Part shown: in pieces, positions 37,022 through 49,850 of the stretch
How positions within the stretch are numbered: position 1 is the stretch's first letter
How the letters are laid out: each line of letters opens with the position of its first letter
From: Hemiscyllium ocellatum
Lineage: Eukaryota
Length of the DNA stretch: 64,000 nt
Direction: 5' to 3'
Assembly: GCF_020745735.1 (NCBI RefSeq)
Contig: NC_083413.1
Span: 81,193,612 to 81,257,611, forward strand
Translations under genes and position numbers: made by a program
The notes under the pieces: model-generated
What the model was told of the DNA's origin: nothing
The model's database searches: none
Seen by the model: only the letters and a program-made list of their open reading frames with translations

Positions 37022-37529
37022 TAAAAGATAATAAGTTTGTAGATTGAGCCTAAAGTCCGTCACCTCATAGCTATGTAACTTTGTTTCCTTTAAGTATCTA
37101 TATAAAAATGAGTAAGCCATTCAATTCCTCAAACTTGTTTGGCTGTTTGTTGAGATGACAGCTGATCTACACCCTTACAAGAGTTCCAAACTCCTGTAAC
37201 CCTTGTGTGTGGAAGTGTTTCTCAATTTCACTCCTAGAAGTTTTGGCTGTAAGTTTTAGATTATGCCCTTACCCTGGACTCCAGCTAGGATAAATAGTTT
37301 CTCTATGTCTCTCTGTTTTCCTAAATATCTTTAAACTTCACTTGAATCAACATTCAATCTTCTCAATTCCAGAAAATAAGAGTGTATAATTTCTCTTAAA
37401 ATTTTAAACCTTTATGTGCTAAATTTGCACTGCACTCTCACCAAGGAAAGTTGATCCTTCCTAAGCTGTGATGGTCACAATATTCAGAAGTGTGGTCTGA
37501 TTAGGCTTTGTCGAACTGAATTATGCTTG

Positions 37530-38108
37530 TAGAGTCATACAGCACATAAACAGACCCTTCAGGCCGGTCCACACCGAACATAATCCCAAACTAAACTAGT
37601 ACCACCTGTCTGCTTTTGGCGTGTATTCCTCCAAACTTTTCCTGTTCATGTATTTATCTAGGTGTTGTTTTTAAATGTTGCAACTGTGCCCACATCCACC
37701 ACTTCCTCAGGAGATTCATTCCATGTGTGAGCAACCTTCTATTTTTAAAAGAAATTGCCCATCATGTTTTTAAAATCTTTCTCCATTCACCTTAAAAATA
37801 TGTCCCCTGTCATGAAATACCCCATCTTAAGGAAAAGACACCTACCACTAACCCTCCCTATACCCCTCGTGATTTTATACCTCCTATGCTCCAATGAAAA
37901 AAAGTCCCAGCCTATCCAGTCTTTCTTTTTAACTTGTATCTTGTCATACCCAGCAACATTCTAGTAAATCTCTTTTGAACTCTCTCTAGCTTAATATTAT
38001 CCTTGCTCTGAAAGGGTGACCAGAACTGGATACAATACTCCAGAAGAGACCTCACCAATATTCTGTACAACCTGAACATGACTTCCCAACTGCTGTACTC
38101 AAAGGACT
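37530..38108 (-). mobile_element. CR1 3' fragment
   Basis: Homologous to the other CR1 3' ends. Confidence 0.85.
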
Positions 38109-41072
38109 TCTATTCCCTTGTACTTATTCCTTTAGATATAAAGGTCAATGCTCCCTCATTCTTTTGAGTATTTTACTGCTTGATCATTGCATTTTAAGGA
38201 ACTGTGCACTTGGACCCAAATCTCTTTGGATCTGTACTATTTTTCCAAATCCTTACATCTGCTTTTACCACCCTTCCAAGCAATACATTACAGATCACAG
38301 CAACTTGCTATGTTTAAAGAAAGGCAACAAGAACATTTCTTTCTCTCAAATTAGGTACAGCAAAAAGAACTGGTCTGTTTATCTTCCTATGCACATTCCA
38401 CAAATTGCACGTTTCACTGTCTATTTCTGATACATAAGGAGGGAACACATGCTTGGAATGCACTCCGGTTCTTTCGCTCAGCCAGCATTGTTGATTGATT
38501 AAACTCTGTTAATGGATGGGATTTTTAAATTTTTATTGAAGTTACGCAGCTAATTAAGAGAATCTGCAATAAAATTGTCTGGCATTTTCATTTACTGCCA
38601 CATAAGCTTTTATCTAGTGCCATTGGTTAGTTGCAGGCAAACTTTGGAGGAAAAAGCTGTTTTCATAATTTTTCTGCATATTTGTGCTGATCTTCTGCCA
38701 GATTTACAGTGGAAAGATTGGGAAGGGGAAAAAAACTGTAAACGTTCCATGATCTAGTCTAAAAAGGAATAATTAAAGTCACTGTTAAGTTCATGAAAAC
38801 TTGTCTGTGCAGCCAGAATTCAAAGTTTTGTCAGACAAAAGTACAGAACTAGATAAATGTTCTTTAAACCACCCGGTACAGATTCTCTGGCATTCTCAAT
38901 CTGCTATATATCAATTTTCTTGATGTTCAGAATGGCTGTAAATAGCAGCCTAGTGGAATTGAGGATTTCAGACATTAAGGAAGTCACTTAACATTTCTCA
39001 AATATTTCTTGTGTTTGGAGAATGTCTTCACATGAATGCCAGATACTTGAGACCAGACAGGAAAGACCTGTTGAACTACCAATTTCACTGTCCCATAATG
39101 TTCAAAAAGTCCTGCCTGAAAGACCTCAGGCAATTTTTGCACTAATGCAACAAAATAATTTAACAGCTGCACATATTATATTTTCTGCATTTTGGACTTG
39201 CTAAATCAGTTGTACATGGCTATAATGGCCAAGTTTTTTACATGCGCTTTCCCCTAGTCCTCTCCTACTTGTTATCGAAAAGGTAGTATCCTGAGAGATA
39301 TTTGCCGTGCTTTTTTTCTAAATTTGCTAATTAAGTAACAAATTAAGTGTTTTGTGAATAAAGTTACTTCTGAAATCTGAACTATATAGGTCGTGTTCTC
39401 TTTGTCTGCTTCCCAGGGTCTCCTGAGGGGTCAATTAACTGAACATCAACCGGTCCTTGATGGTCTGCTCTTCTGAGGCCACTTTGATAGCTGTGCGCAG
39501 AATGGTGTTTGGCATGAGACTTGCTGCACTTAACTCTCCACCACTATGCTTAGAGCTGAAATAGAAACTCATTTGTGCAAAGACAGGTGGATGGAATAAC
39601 CGGCTCTTCCCAACACACTCAGAATCTACATCTGAATTGTGTGGGCTCTCTTCCCATCTTCAGTTTCCTAACCTAATATGGATTAAATAATAATATGGTC
39701 TATAACACTAAACAGCTGGAATATACTTTTGAAGAACAGTGATGATATCCTTAACTCTGAGCCAGGAGGCATAGATCCAAGTCCCACAGCTCCAGAGGTG
39801 AGTCATAACATCTCTGAACAAGTTGATCTGAAAATATCTACACATACTGCCTCAACAACAACGCAAAATACTGCAGATGCTGAAGATCGGAAATACAAAT
39901 AGGAAGCCTTAGAGATACTTAGCAGGTCTAGCAGCATCTACGAATGGAGAAACAGATTTTAACACAAGTGTGTGTGAGAGACTAGCTGGACCATCACTAA
40001 TTTCTCTTGAGAAGGTGGTGGTGACCTGCCGCCTTGAACTGCTGCAATCCGTGTGTAGGTAGAAGCATAATGCTCCTTTGGCAGAGATTCCAAGATTTTT
40101 AATTTTAGTGACAGTGAAAGAACAGCGGTACATTTCCATGTCACAGTGGAGGGGAACTTACAGGTAGTGATGTTCCTATGTATCTGCTGCTCTTGTGCTT
40201 CTGGATTGTCGTACTTATGGATTCGGAAGGTGCTGTCTGAGGAGCTTTGGTAAAATTCTGCTGTGCATCTGTTTCTTTATTCAGAGATGCTTCTACTGAG
40301 CATTGCTGGTGGAGGGAGTGAATGTGATCCCATTCAAATGGGCTGCTGTGTCTTGAATAGTTCCTGAGTTGTGTTGGAGCAGCATTCATCCAGGCAAATA
40401 AAGACTATTCCGTTACAGTCCTCACTTGTGCCTTGTAGGTGGTGGGACAAGCTTTGGTGAGTCAGGAAATAAGTTACTAATTACAAGGTTCCTAGCCCCA
40501 GACCTGGTCTGCTTGGAACTGAAAAGAGATGGAAAACTGTATACTATAGAAAAAGGTAGGGATTAAGAAAGTGGCATAATGGAAAGGTCAGAGGAAGGTT
40601 AGACAGTGAACAAGGTTAGAGTTCAGCTTTGTTACATAACAAAAAGCCACGGGTATAGTAATAGTTGTAAAGAAGTAACATTGATCCAGAGTAGCTGTTA
40701 ATAGCAGGATGGGTCAACTATGCTGATTCAAAATCATGGAAACAAGAAGCTAGAGTGGTGGTAGTTGGGGTGAGTGGAAACCAGAATAGAGCTCATGATT
40801 ACAGGTTGTGAAACTTAAATGTTGAGTCCAGAAAGCTATGAAGTGTCTAAATATAAAATGAAGTGCTGTTCCACCAACTTGTGTTGGGCGTCACTGGAAC
40901 ATTGCAGCGAATGTGAGCAGTAGGACAAGATGGTGTTTTGAAATGGCAGTGGACTGGAAGGTCAGGACCATGCTTGAGGATTGAACATAGGTATTCAGTA
41001 AACATGCTTTTGATGTCCCCAGTAGAGTGGAGACTGCAGTGTGACCTTGTGAGCAGCAAACATGATGGTTTC

Positions 41073-41855
41073 TGTCACGAAGTTAATATGTAAAAATAGT
41101 AAAATTGTAAAATGGAGGGAAAGCATTGCAACATCCCTTTAAGAGATGATGTTCTTTTCGGTGTTTAGAGATTTGAAAATGGACATCTGAACAGCAGTTT
41201 AAAGTGCAGAGAGCATCCAAATTGAAACCTTTTGTATCAAACAGCCAAGTAACATTTTTACCAAGACAACAGTTTAAATTCAGCCGATTAATTTGACAAG
41301 ACACTTGAAGACTAAGGACCAATTGAATTTAAAATGGATTGTTTTGACACCAGGAAGCCAATCAAATTATAAGAATTTAATGTGTCATAGAGGAGTATGT
41401 AAAACTGGGATTTTTGAAAAATAGCAGACAACCACCTGCCATCTGAAGGGAGAGCCAAACTTAAGCTGCAGCGAAAGCAAGTTCACCATCTGAGACACAA
41501 ACCTGGCTTTCACGCAAAGTTACTAAGCTCTCTAAAAAGACCCATCAAAGGTACCACAATATTTCCAGCTCAAAATTCTCTCAGAGGAATCATCAGAGGG
41601 ATGATTGTGACATGAGATCAACAGAAGGAAGGTTGGAGATAAAAACAAAGACATAAACTTTGCGAATTTGGAGAGATTAAGTTTTAGTTTATTGCTTTCT
41701 TTATTAATTGGGTTTATGTAAGTGGAACTTATAAAGTGGCAGGGAGTTTCTTACCTCTTGACCCACGTTAACAGATTATGAGGGGACAGCTGAATGTCTC
41801 TGGGTGTTTTGGATTTAATTATTATTAGAAGAGAGCCTCTACTCCCATCATGACC
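41073..41855 (+). mobile_element. Possible old LTR between Penelope remnants (~40800-41060 and ~42085-42235)
   Basis: Ends TGTCACGA / TCATGACC form an imperfect inverted pair. The flanks contain YIG.T.R...RF.EH-type Penelope sequence. Confidence 0.4.
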
Positions 41856-43579
41856 GATTTGAGGTTTGTGTGTCAGTTCATTATTGGAGGGGCTCGACCT
41901 CACACCCGTATCGGTTGAAACAAGTGTTTCTAGTAAAAGGAATGTTGCTGGACTTGGTTAGGGCAGACAAACTGTTGCATTTCCTGCGATTGCATGAGAA
42001 AGGCTGTGGGAGAGGGATGAGGTTATTCAGGAGTGGGTCCAGGTAAACTCCTTTTGGTTTGCTGACAAGGATGGTGTGAAAGCGACCCTACATTGGAAAA
42101 ACCAAACGCAGACTGGATGACCGCTTTGCTGAACACCTCTGGTTCATGCATATGCATGACCCTGACCTTCCCGTAGCTGGTCATTTTAACAGTCTCCTGC
42201 TCACCTGCCCACTTGTCTGTCCTCAGCATGCTCTTTAATAAATCTTTTGACATATCATCACAACTCTTCTAACATTTATACCTCCATTGGATTTGATCTT
42301 CAGTGATGAAGCATATTTCTAAACATTGGTTCAGGTTGGTAGTTCCTGATGATTTATGATGACTTCATGTCCATTTTGATTCAGTTATTGCTTCTTCAGT
42401 AACAGCTGTCAGGATGTTGCTATGTTTTGAGTTCTACATGCACATCATTGTTACATATGTCTCCTTGATAAATGAGGGAAGTCTGATTGCCCTGTCTCAG
42501 TGGGGTTCAGTACTCAAGTTTGCAAAGTGCTTCATCAGCCAAACTGCCTGAGAGTTATCAGCTGGATCACTTATACTGAGACTTGCTATTGATATATTTC
42601 TCAATCAGTTCAAGAGCTTGTCAGTAGTGTTTTCCTTTCCCTTTGCACTGTGGTTCCTTAAAGCTTGCCAATGTTCAAGCTTCCTTTTTTTTGCTCCACC
42701 TCAAATTTCCAATAGAAGTCCCTGTAATCAGTCATGAGTTGTTAGTTGTGCCTTTCTCTGAGTAACTTGAATTCTAAAAACAAATCATTTTATTCACGTG
42801 GTCATATTTCTGTTCTCATTTCCTGAATTTTTGTCAGAGATATAAATCAAGTCCTGCCAAATTCCCATTTTCGGTTTAAATAATTTGTTTTATAACCTTT
42901 ATTAACACCTGATTTCCACTCTAGTCCTTGTACAGTCTCATTATTAAAGCTCTCTATAAACAGAGATGAAAGCTCTTCCCTGTTAAGTTTATCTCTTTGT
43001 ACTTTGAGGAAGCTTGGATTGGGTAGGGCTAAAGATAGTAAACCATAAGCCCTGACTTCACTTCTGTTCTCAATATATTTGAGTTTGGAGGAGAATATGA
43101 AGGTTTGTCGAAGATACTAAATAGAAGGTTTGGCAAACACCAAGAAAGACTAACAGACAAACTGGGGGATAGCGCATTCAATTTAATATAGAAAAATATG
43201 CATTATTTTGCTCTCATAGGAAAGACATGGAATAGAAAAGAGGTTGTATTTATTTAGCATCTTTCAAATTCATAGAACACTCAAGTGCTTCATAGCCAAT
43301 GAAATACTTTACATCCTGCCTGTCGTTGTAACACATACGTATGTATGAACATAAACTATTATGAGCCGAAAGGGGCCATTGGGCCGGGTTTCCAGTATCA
43401 TAGACTCATCTGATTCAGCCCTCTCATGGCTGACTTTACTGTGGTTACAACTCTAATTTTCTGTCTGCCCTCTATATCCTTTCACACCCTTGTCAATGAA
43501 GCATCTAACTAACTGAGACTTAAAAATATTTAGTGATAACTCACACCTCCACATTCCTCCCTTTTGGGAAGACAGTTAC

Positions 43580-44140
43580 AAGAATGCCTTTCGACCTATT
43601 GTGTCCACACTGGTGAAAAATAGCTACCTAACTATTCCAATCCTATTTTCCAGCACTTGACACATAGCTTTGTTTTCCTTGACATTCTGCATTATGAGGA
43701 TTTCTGACTCTGCGACCTAGAGTGTGTTCTAGATTCCCATCACCCTCTGGATGAAAATGTTTTTTTGCCTCACATCTCCTCTAAATATCCAGCCCCTTAC
43801 CATAAATCTATGACCCTGGTCATTGATCCCTACTCCAAGGGGAAAGGTTTCTTCTAGCTTAATATATCTTGTGTTCCCTCTCAATCTCCTCTGCTTTAAG
43901 GAAAACAAGCACAGTCTGTCAAATCTTTCTTCAATATTGAAACTTCACAGCTCAGGCAATATTCTAGTAAATCTCCTGTTCTACTCTTAGGTGCGTTCAC
44001 ACCTCTCCTATAATGTGAGTTCTGGAATTGCACACAATACTCTTGCTGTTGCTAACCAGCATTTTATACAGTTCCAGCATAACCTCCCTACTCTTAAACT
44101 CCGCCTCAACTAATAAATGTAGTTATACCATATGCTGACT
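43580..44140 (-). mobile_element. CR1 3' fragment, decayed
   Basis: CR1 3' UTR and C-terminal motifs in reverse. Confidence 0.75.
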
Positions 44141-46044
44141 TAACCCAGCACCAATTTTTTTTGTGGCATGGCAAAATCCCACAAAAAATAATGGAATATG
44201 AATGGAGCTTTAGTTATGTTGAATGACAATTAATAGCAGTTGGGAGACTTGGAACAGCCATTCAATGGAAAGGAAATGTAGGATGTGAATAAACAGCATT
44301 CAAATAAATAATTACGATGATGTTAGGGGGAGCAGATAACTTTAGCATAAGTGGTTAAGTGCAGAAATACAGACTTTACTAATGAATTTGTGCAAAGCAA
44401 TGGTGGCCACATTTGGTAGTGTTTGCAGTCTTGGTAGCCTCATTGTTGATAGATTTTGAAAGCTATGGAGAGAATGAAGCAGATTCATAAAATGGATGCC
44501 AGAAATTTAAAGATTGTGATTTGAGCTGAACTCTCTGAAAATAACAGTGAATGTCTTCACTTTTGACTATGCGATAGAAGGCCATTGAAGAAGTAGCTGA
44601 AGGTGGTTGGACCTAGGACACTCCCCTGAAATAATTCTGCAGCAATGTCCTGGGGTTGAAGTAATTGGTCTGTAACAATCTTTCTTTCTGTTACCTATGA
44701 CTCCAGCCAGTTGGATTGTTTTGCCCTGAATGCCATCAATTTCAATTTTACTGCAGTTCAAACATAGTTTTTTAAGAGCATCTTCTCACTTTTCAGTTCC
44801 TTTTAAGGAAATTCATGCTACGTTGATGTTTTTCCTTTCATTCCATATTTCTCATTCTGTTATTGTCTTTATTTCTACTGTTCACATTTTTTTTCTTTTT
44901 TGTACAAAAGTACTTAAAAATGATAACAATGCTGTTCCACTGGATTCCACTCCTCTGCACTGTAACACGCAGATGCTACAGCTATAAACCTGAAACTAGC
45001 TTTCAGCTCTATTTTGCTGCAGCATACATCCTGAATAGAAATGTGTTTCACCTGAGTCATAGTCCATTTCTCCACTGCTTTGAAGCTTATATTTTGCTGC
45101 TGTTTTCAGAGTCTGAGAGTGTGAACTCTCTGCTGGATCATCTTAATTCCAGTATCTGGTCTTGGTGTCACTTCATAGGACAATAAGAAATAGAACAAAA
45201 ATAGGACATTTGGCCCATTTGAATTTGCTCTTCATTCATTAAATTCATATTGGTTTACTACCTCAGCTCCACCTTCCCACTCTGATGCCACATCTTTTGA
45301 TTTCATTAGAATCCAAAAATCTGTTATCCTTTGTCTTGAACATACTCCATGTTCAAAGCTCTTTAAGGTTGATAAATCCAAAGATTTACAACCCTTTGAG
45401 TAAAAAAATGTTTCCTTGTCTCAGTTCTAAATGGCATGTTAATATTCTGATATTATGACCCTTTATTCTACATCTTCCTACTGCGAGAAACATCCTCCTT
45501 TAAGAGTTGTATGTTTCAATGATATATCTTCGCATTCTTCTAAACTTAGCCTGGTCCATTCAATCTACCTCATCTCAGTATCTGTTTCATGAACTTTCCT
45601 TGTAATTTATCCTTCCTTCAATCAGGAGAACAAAACTGTGAACAGTCCTCTAGATGTGAACTGAATAAGGCCCTCCACCAATGTAGAATTATCCTTCTGC
45701 TCTTCCTTTCCAATTCCTTTGCAATAAAAGCTAAATTTGGTTTTCTAATTTCTTGCTGTACTTCCATGTTAACTTTTCATGATGTGTACAAGGATATACA
45801 AGTCTTTGCCAATACCGATATTTCTAAGACTTGCAAGGTTGGAAAGGTTGTTTTCCTACTTTTTTGTGCTAAAGTCAATGTTTTCAGATTTTTTTCCTAT
45901 TATATTGCATTCACAATATACTTTCCCACACATTTAATCTATTCATATCCTTTAGCAGCTTCTTTATGTCCTCCCCACACTAATGTCCACCTAGTGAATT
46001 TGGATGCATTGCTAATGCCACCTCATACAAGTCATTGAACTGGA

Positions 46045-47792
46045 TTGTAAAAATGAAGAGGAAGTGCTGGATGTCTTGAAGCGGTTAAAGGTGGATAAAT
46101 CCCCAGGACCTGATCAAGTGTACCCGAGAACTCTGTGGGAAGCTAGAGAAGTGATTGCTGGGCCTCTTGCTGAGATATTTGTATCATCGATAGTCACAGG
46201 TGAGGTGCTGGAAAACTGGATGTTGACAAACGTGGTGCCACTGTTTAAGAAGGGCAGTAAAGACAAGCCAGGGAACTATAGACCGCTGAGCCTGACCTCA
46301 GTGGTGGTCAAGTTATTGGAGGGAATCCTGAGGGACAGGATGTACATGTATTTGGAAAGGCAAGGACTGATTAGGGATAGTCAGCATGACTTTGTGTGTG
46401 GGAAATCATGTCTCAAACTTCATTGAGCTTTTTGAAGAAGTAACAAAGATTGAGGGCAGAACAGTAGATGTGATCTATATGGCATTTGACAAGGTTCCCT
46501 ATGGGAGACTGATTAGCAAGGTTAGATCTCATGGAATACTGGGGGAACTAGCCATTTGGATACAGAACTGGCTCAGAGGTAGAAGACAGAGGCTGGTGGT
46601 GGAGGATTATTTTTCAGACTGGAGGCCTGTGACCAGTGGAGTGCCACAAGGATCGGTGCTGGGTCCTCTACTTTTTGTCATTTACATAAATGATTTGGAT
46701 GCGAGCATAAGAGGTACAGTTAGTAAGTTTGCAGATGACACCAAAATTGGAGGTGTAGTGGACAGCGAAGAGGGTTACTTCAGATTACACCAGGATCTGG
46801 ATCAGATGGGCCAATGGGCTGAGAACTGGCAGATGGAGTTTAATTCAGATAAATGCGAGGTGCTGCATTTTGTGAAAGCAAATCTTAGCAGGACGTATAC
46901 ACTTAATGGTAAGATCCTAGGGAGTGTTGCTGAACAAAGAGGCCTTGGAGTGCAGGTTCATAGCTCCTTGAAAGTGGAGTCCCAGGTAGATAGGAGAGTG
47001 AAGAAGGCATTTGGTATGCTTTCCTTTATTGGTCAGAGTATTGAGTACAGGAGTTGGGAGGGCATGTTGCGGCTGGACAGGACATTGGTGAGGCCACTGT
47101 TGGAAAATTGCATGCAATTCTGGTCTCCTTCCTATCGGAAAGATGTTGTGAAACCTGAGAGGGTTCAGAAAAGATTTACAAGGATGTTGCCAGGCTTGGA
47201 GGATTTGAGCTATAGGGAGAGGCTGGAGCTGTTTTCCCTGGAGTGTCGGAGGCTGAGGGGTGACCTTATAGAGGTTTACAAAATTGAAGGGCATGAATAA
47301 AACATTTGATTTTTTTCCTGTGTTTTACAGGATAGGGTCATACAAATTCAAGGAGACAGAACCGGGAAGATGTTAGGTTAATATTCTTTGTTCAGGCAGG
47401 ATACTAAGATAATAAAACATGACCTCTTGCATGCATTATTTAAGGTCTTTGAATGAGGTAAATAGGCAAAGTCTTTTCCCTGGGGTCGGAGAGTCCAGAA
47501 CAAGAGGGCATAAGTTTAGGGTGAGAGAGGAAAGATATAAAAGAAACCTAAGGGGCAACTTTTACACACAGAGGGTGGTATGGGTATGGAATGAGCTGCC
47601 AGAGGAAGTGGTGGAGGCTGGTACAATTGTAACATTTAAGAGGCATTTGGATGGGTATATGAATACGAAGGGTTTAGAGGGCTATGAGCCAGGTGCTGGC
47701 AGGTGTGACTAAATTGGGTTGGGATATCTGGTCGGCATGGACAGGTTGGACCGGAGGGTCTGTTTCCATGCTGTACATCTCTATCACTCTAT
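46045..47792 (+). mobile_element. Relatively young CR1 LINE (RT to 3' end) carrying a foreign 158-bp insert
   Basis: KSPGPD, NVVPLFKKG..DKPGNYRP.SLTS, AFDKVP, SGVPQGSVLGP, SKFADDTK, RRLRGDLIEVYK. Insert at 47299-47456. Confidence 0.96.
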
Positions 47793-47899
47793 GCTTCTTT
47801 TAGCTCCTCATCAAAATCCAAATACACCAGATACACTTGTTCCCTGTTGTCTGTCTGCTGCCCTTCTAGGTGAAAGTGGTCAAAAGTTTGGAAAGTGTT

Positions 47900-48945
47900 G
47901 TATAAGAATTTTTGGTGAATTTCTATAGTGCATTTTGAAGATAAAACGCACTGCTGCAACTGAGCGTCAGTGGCAGATAGAGTGGATATTTGTGGATGTG
48001 GTGTCAATCAAATGGGCTGCTTTGTTCTGAATAATATCAAATTTCCTGACTATTATTGGAGCTGCACTCGTCCAGGCAAGTGAGAAGTATTCCATCACAC
48101 TTCAGAATTATGCTTTGCAAATGGTGGGCAAGCTTTGGGGAGTCAGGAGGTGAGTAACTTGATGCAGTAATCTGAGCCTTTGACCAGTCTCGTAGCTGCA
48201 ATAATTATGTGGCGAGTCGAGTTGAATTTTTGGTCAATGGTAACCCCCAGGATTTTGATAATGGGAGATTCAGCAACGGTAACGCCATTGAATGTCAAGC
48301 AGTCGTGGTTAGATTATCTCTTATTGGAGATGGTCATAGCCTGACATTTTTGTGGCACGAATGTTTTATGTGCTATTTTTCAACCCAAGTCTTAGATATT
48401 GTCCAAATTTTGCTGCATTTGAACATGGACTGCTTTGGTATCTGAGGAGTCATGAATGGTGCTGAATATTGTGCAATCATCAGTGACCATCCCCACTTCT
48501 GACCTTAATGATGGAGGGAAGGTAATTGACGAAGCAGCTGAGGATGGTTGGGCCACAGCCAATGCCCTGAGGAACTCCTGCAGGGATGTCTTGGAGCTGA
48601 GGTGACTGATATCCAACAATTACAACTATCTTGCTTTGTATAACCAGCAGAGTTTTTCCCGATTTTCCATTAATTCCATTTTGCTAGGCTCCTTGATGTC
48701 ACACTCAGCCAATACAACCTTTGATGTCAAGGGCTGTCACTCACCTCACCTCTGGAATTCAGCTCTTTTATCCATGTTTAAAACAAGATTGAAATTAGGT
48801 TAGGAGCTGAGTGGTCCTGGCAGAACCCAAACTGGGCATCAGTGAGTAGGCAGTTGCTAAGCAGGGTTCCTTGGTAGCATGGTTGATGACATCTTCCATC
48901 ACTTTACTGATAATTGAAACTAGACAGATCAGGCAATAATTAGAT
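47900..48945 (-). mobile_element. Old CR1/L2-group LINE remnant
   Basis: Reverse PQG..G....FSCF.N.L....RSEVGM..DDCTIF and ICLVSIISKVME. Related fragments at ~35100-35580, ~39990-40500, ~44560-44760 and ~56390-56690. Confidence 0.7.
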
Positions 48946-49567
48946 GAGTTTACTTGGTATTGTCCAAGTACCAAGTTTGACCTAAATATTTTCATAGTAT
49001 TCCTGTCTTTGCAACCAACAGCTTTTGTTTTAAGTTCATCATCCGCTACTTCAATTCCTCTGAGTTCACTCTGTCTGTATAAACTCCTGTCACCACTTTT
49101 GAGACACACATCGATTTTATTATCCTTCATGGTCTTTTTACTCCTGTGCATCATTCACAGATAATGCTGTCTGTGATCACTTGCCTGTGACCTTCTACAA
49201 CCATATCCCTCTTCCCATGACCAACCCTAATTTCCTACTGTCCCCCAGATGAAAATTCACCAGGTCACTTTCACACTCCTAATTATTGAGCTCTTTGGTC
49301 CTGTATTTGCAATAACAATTCTACTCAATCTTACTTGCAGCTCTACCTTTGATGCCCTTGATCCTAATAAAAACCTCCATGTCCCACTCTGCTCATTCCA
49401 CCTTTTTAAGCTCTAAGGTTTCTGTCCCTGCTTCCGCATGTCAAGGATTAGAGGGTTCCTCATTTATAATGGACAAATAGTTTAGTCATTCATCAACAAA
49501 TCTGCAAAATCACTTCCACAGGCCAGAATTGTCCTTGAAATTGAAGATGTAATATTTGGATTTGTTC

Positions 49568-49850
49568 GGGTGGCCCAGCGGCTCAGTGGTTATCCATGGT
49601 AATGACAAAGACCTGGGTTTGATTCCACCCTCTGACGACTCTGTAATATTCTTCCCATTCCTGTGTGGGTTTCCTCCCACAGTCCAAAGATGTGCAGATT
49701 AGGGGGATTGGCCACCTAAATTTCCCCGTGGTGTCCAGGGATATGCAGGGTTACAGGGGTGGGCCTGGGTGGGATGCTCTTTGGAGGGTCGATGTGGAAT
49801 TAATGGGCCAAATGGCCTGCTTCCAAACTGTAAGCATTCAGTGACTCTGA
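49568..49850 (+). mobile_element. HE1 / V-SINE, internally deleted
   Basis: gggtttcctcccacagtccaaagatgtgcag...ttggccacctaaatt. Confidence 0.85.

Noticed and set aside
38300-39700. Possible unannotated coding exon (ORF 39022-39204) in non-repetitive DNA
   Set aside because: No recognisable homology or convincing splice pair. It could be UTR or regulatory DNA, but I cannot support that.
24698-47299. Existing inversion between the inverted duplicates
   Set aside because: PIGX exons 1-2 (outside) and 3-6 (inside) are collinear and in frame.
46064-47300. Active reverse transcriptase gene
   Set aside because: Frameshift near 46420, small deletions, no endonuclease or ORF1, and an interrupted C-terminus.
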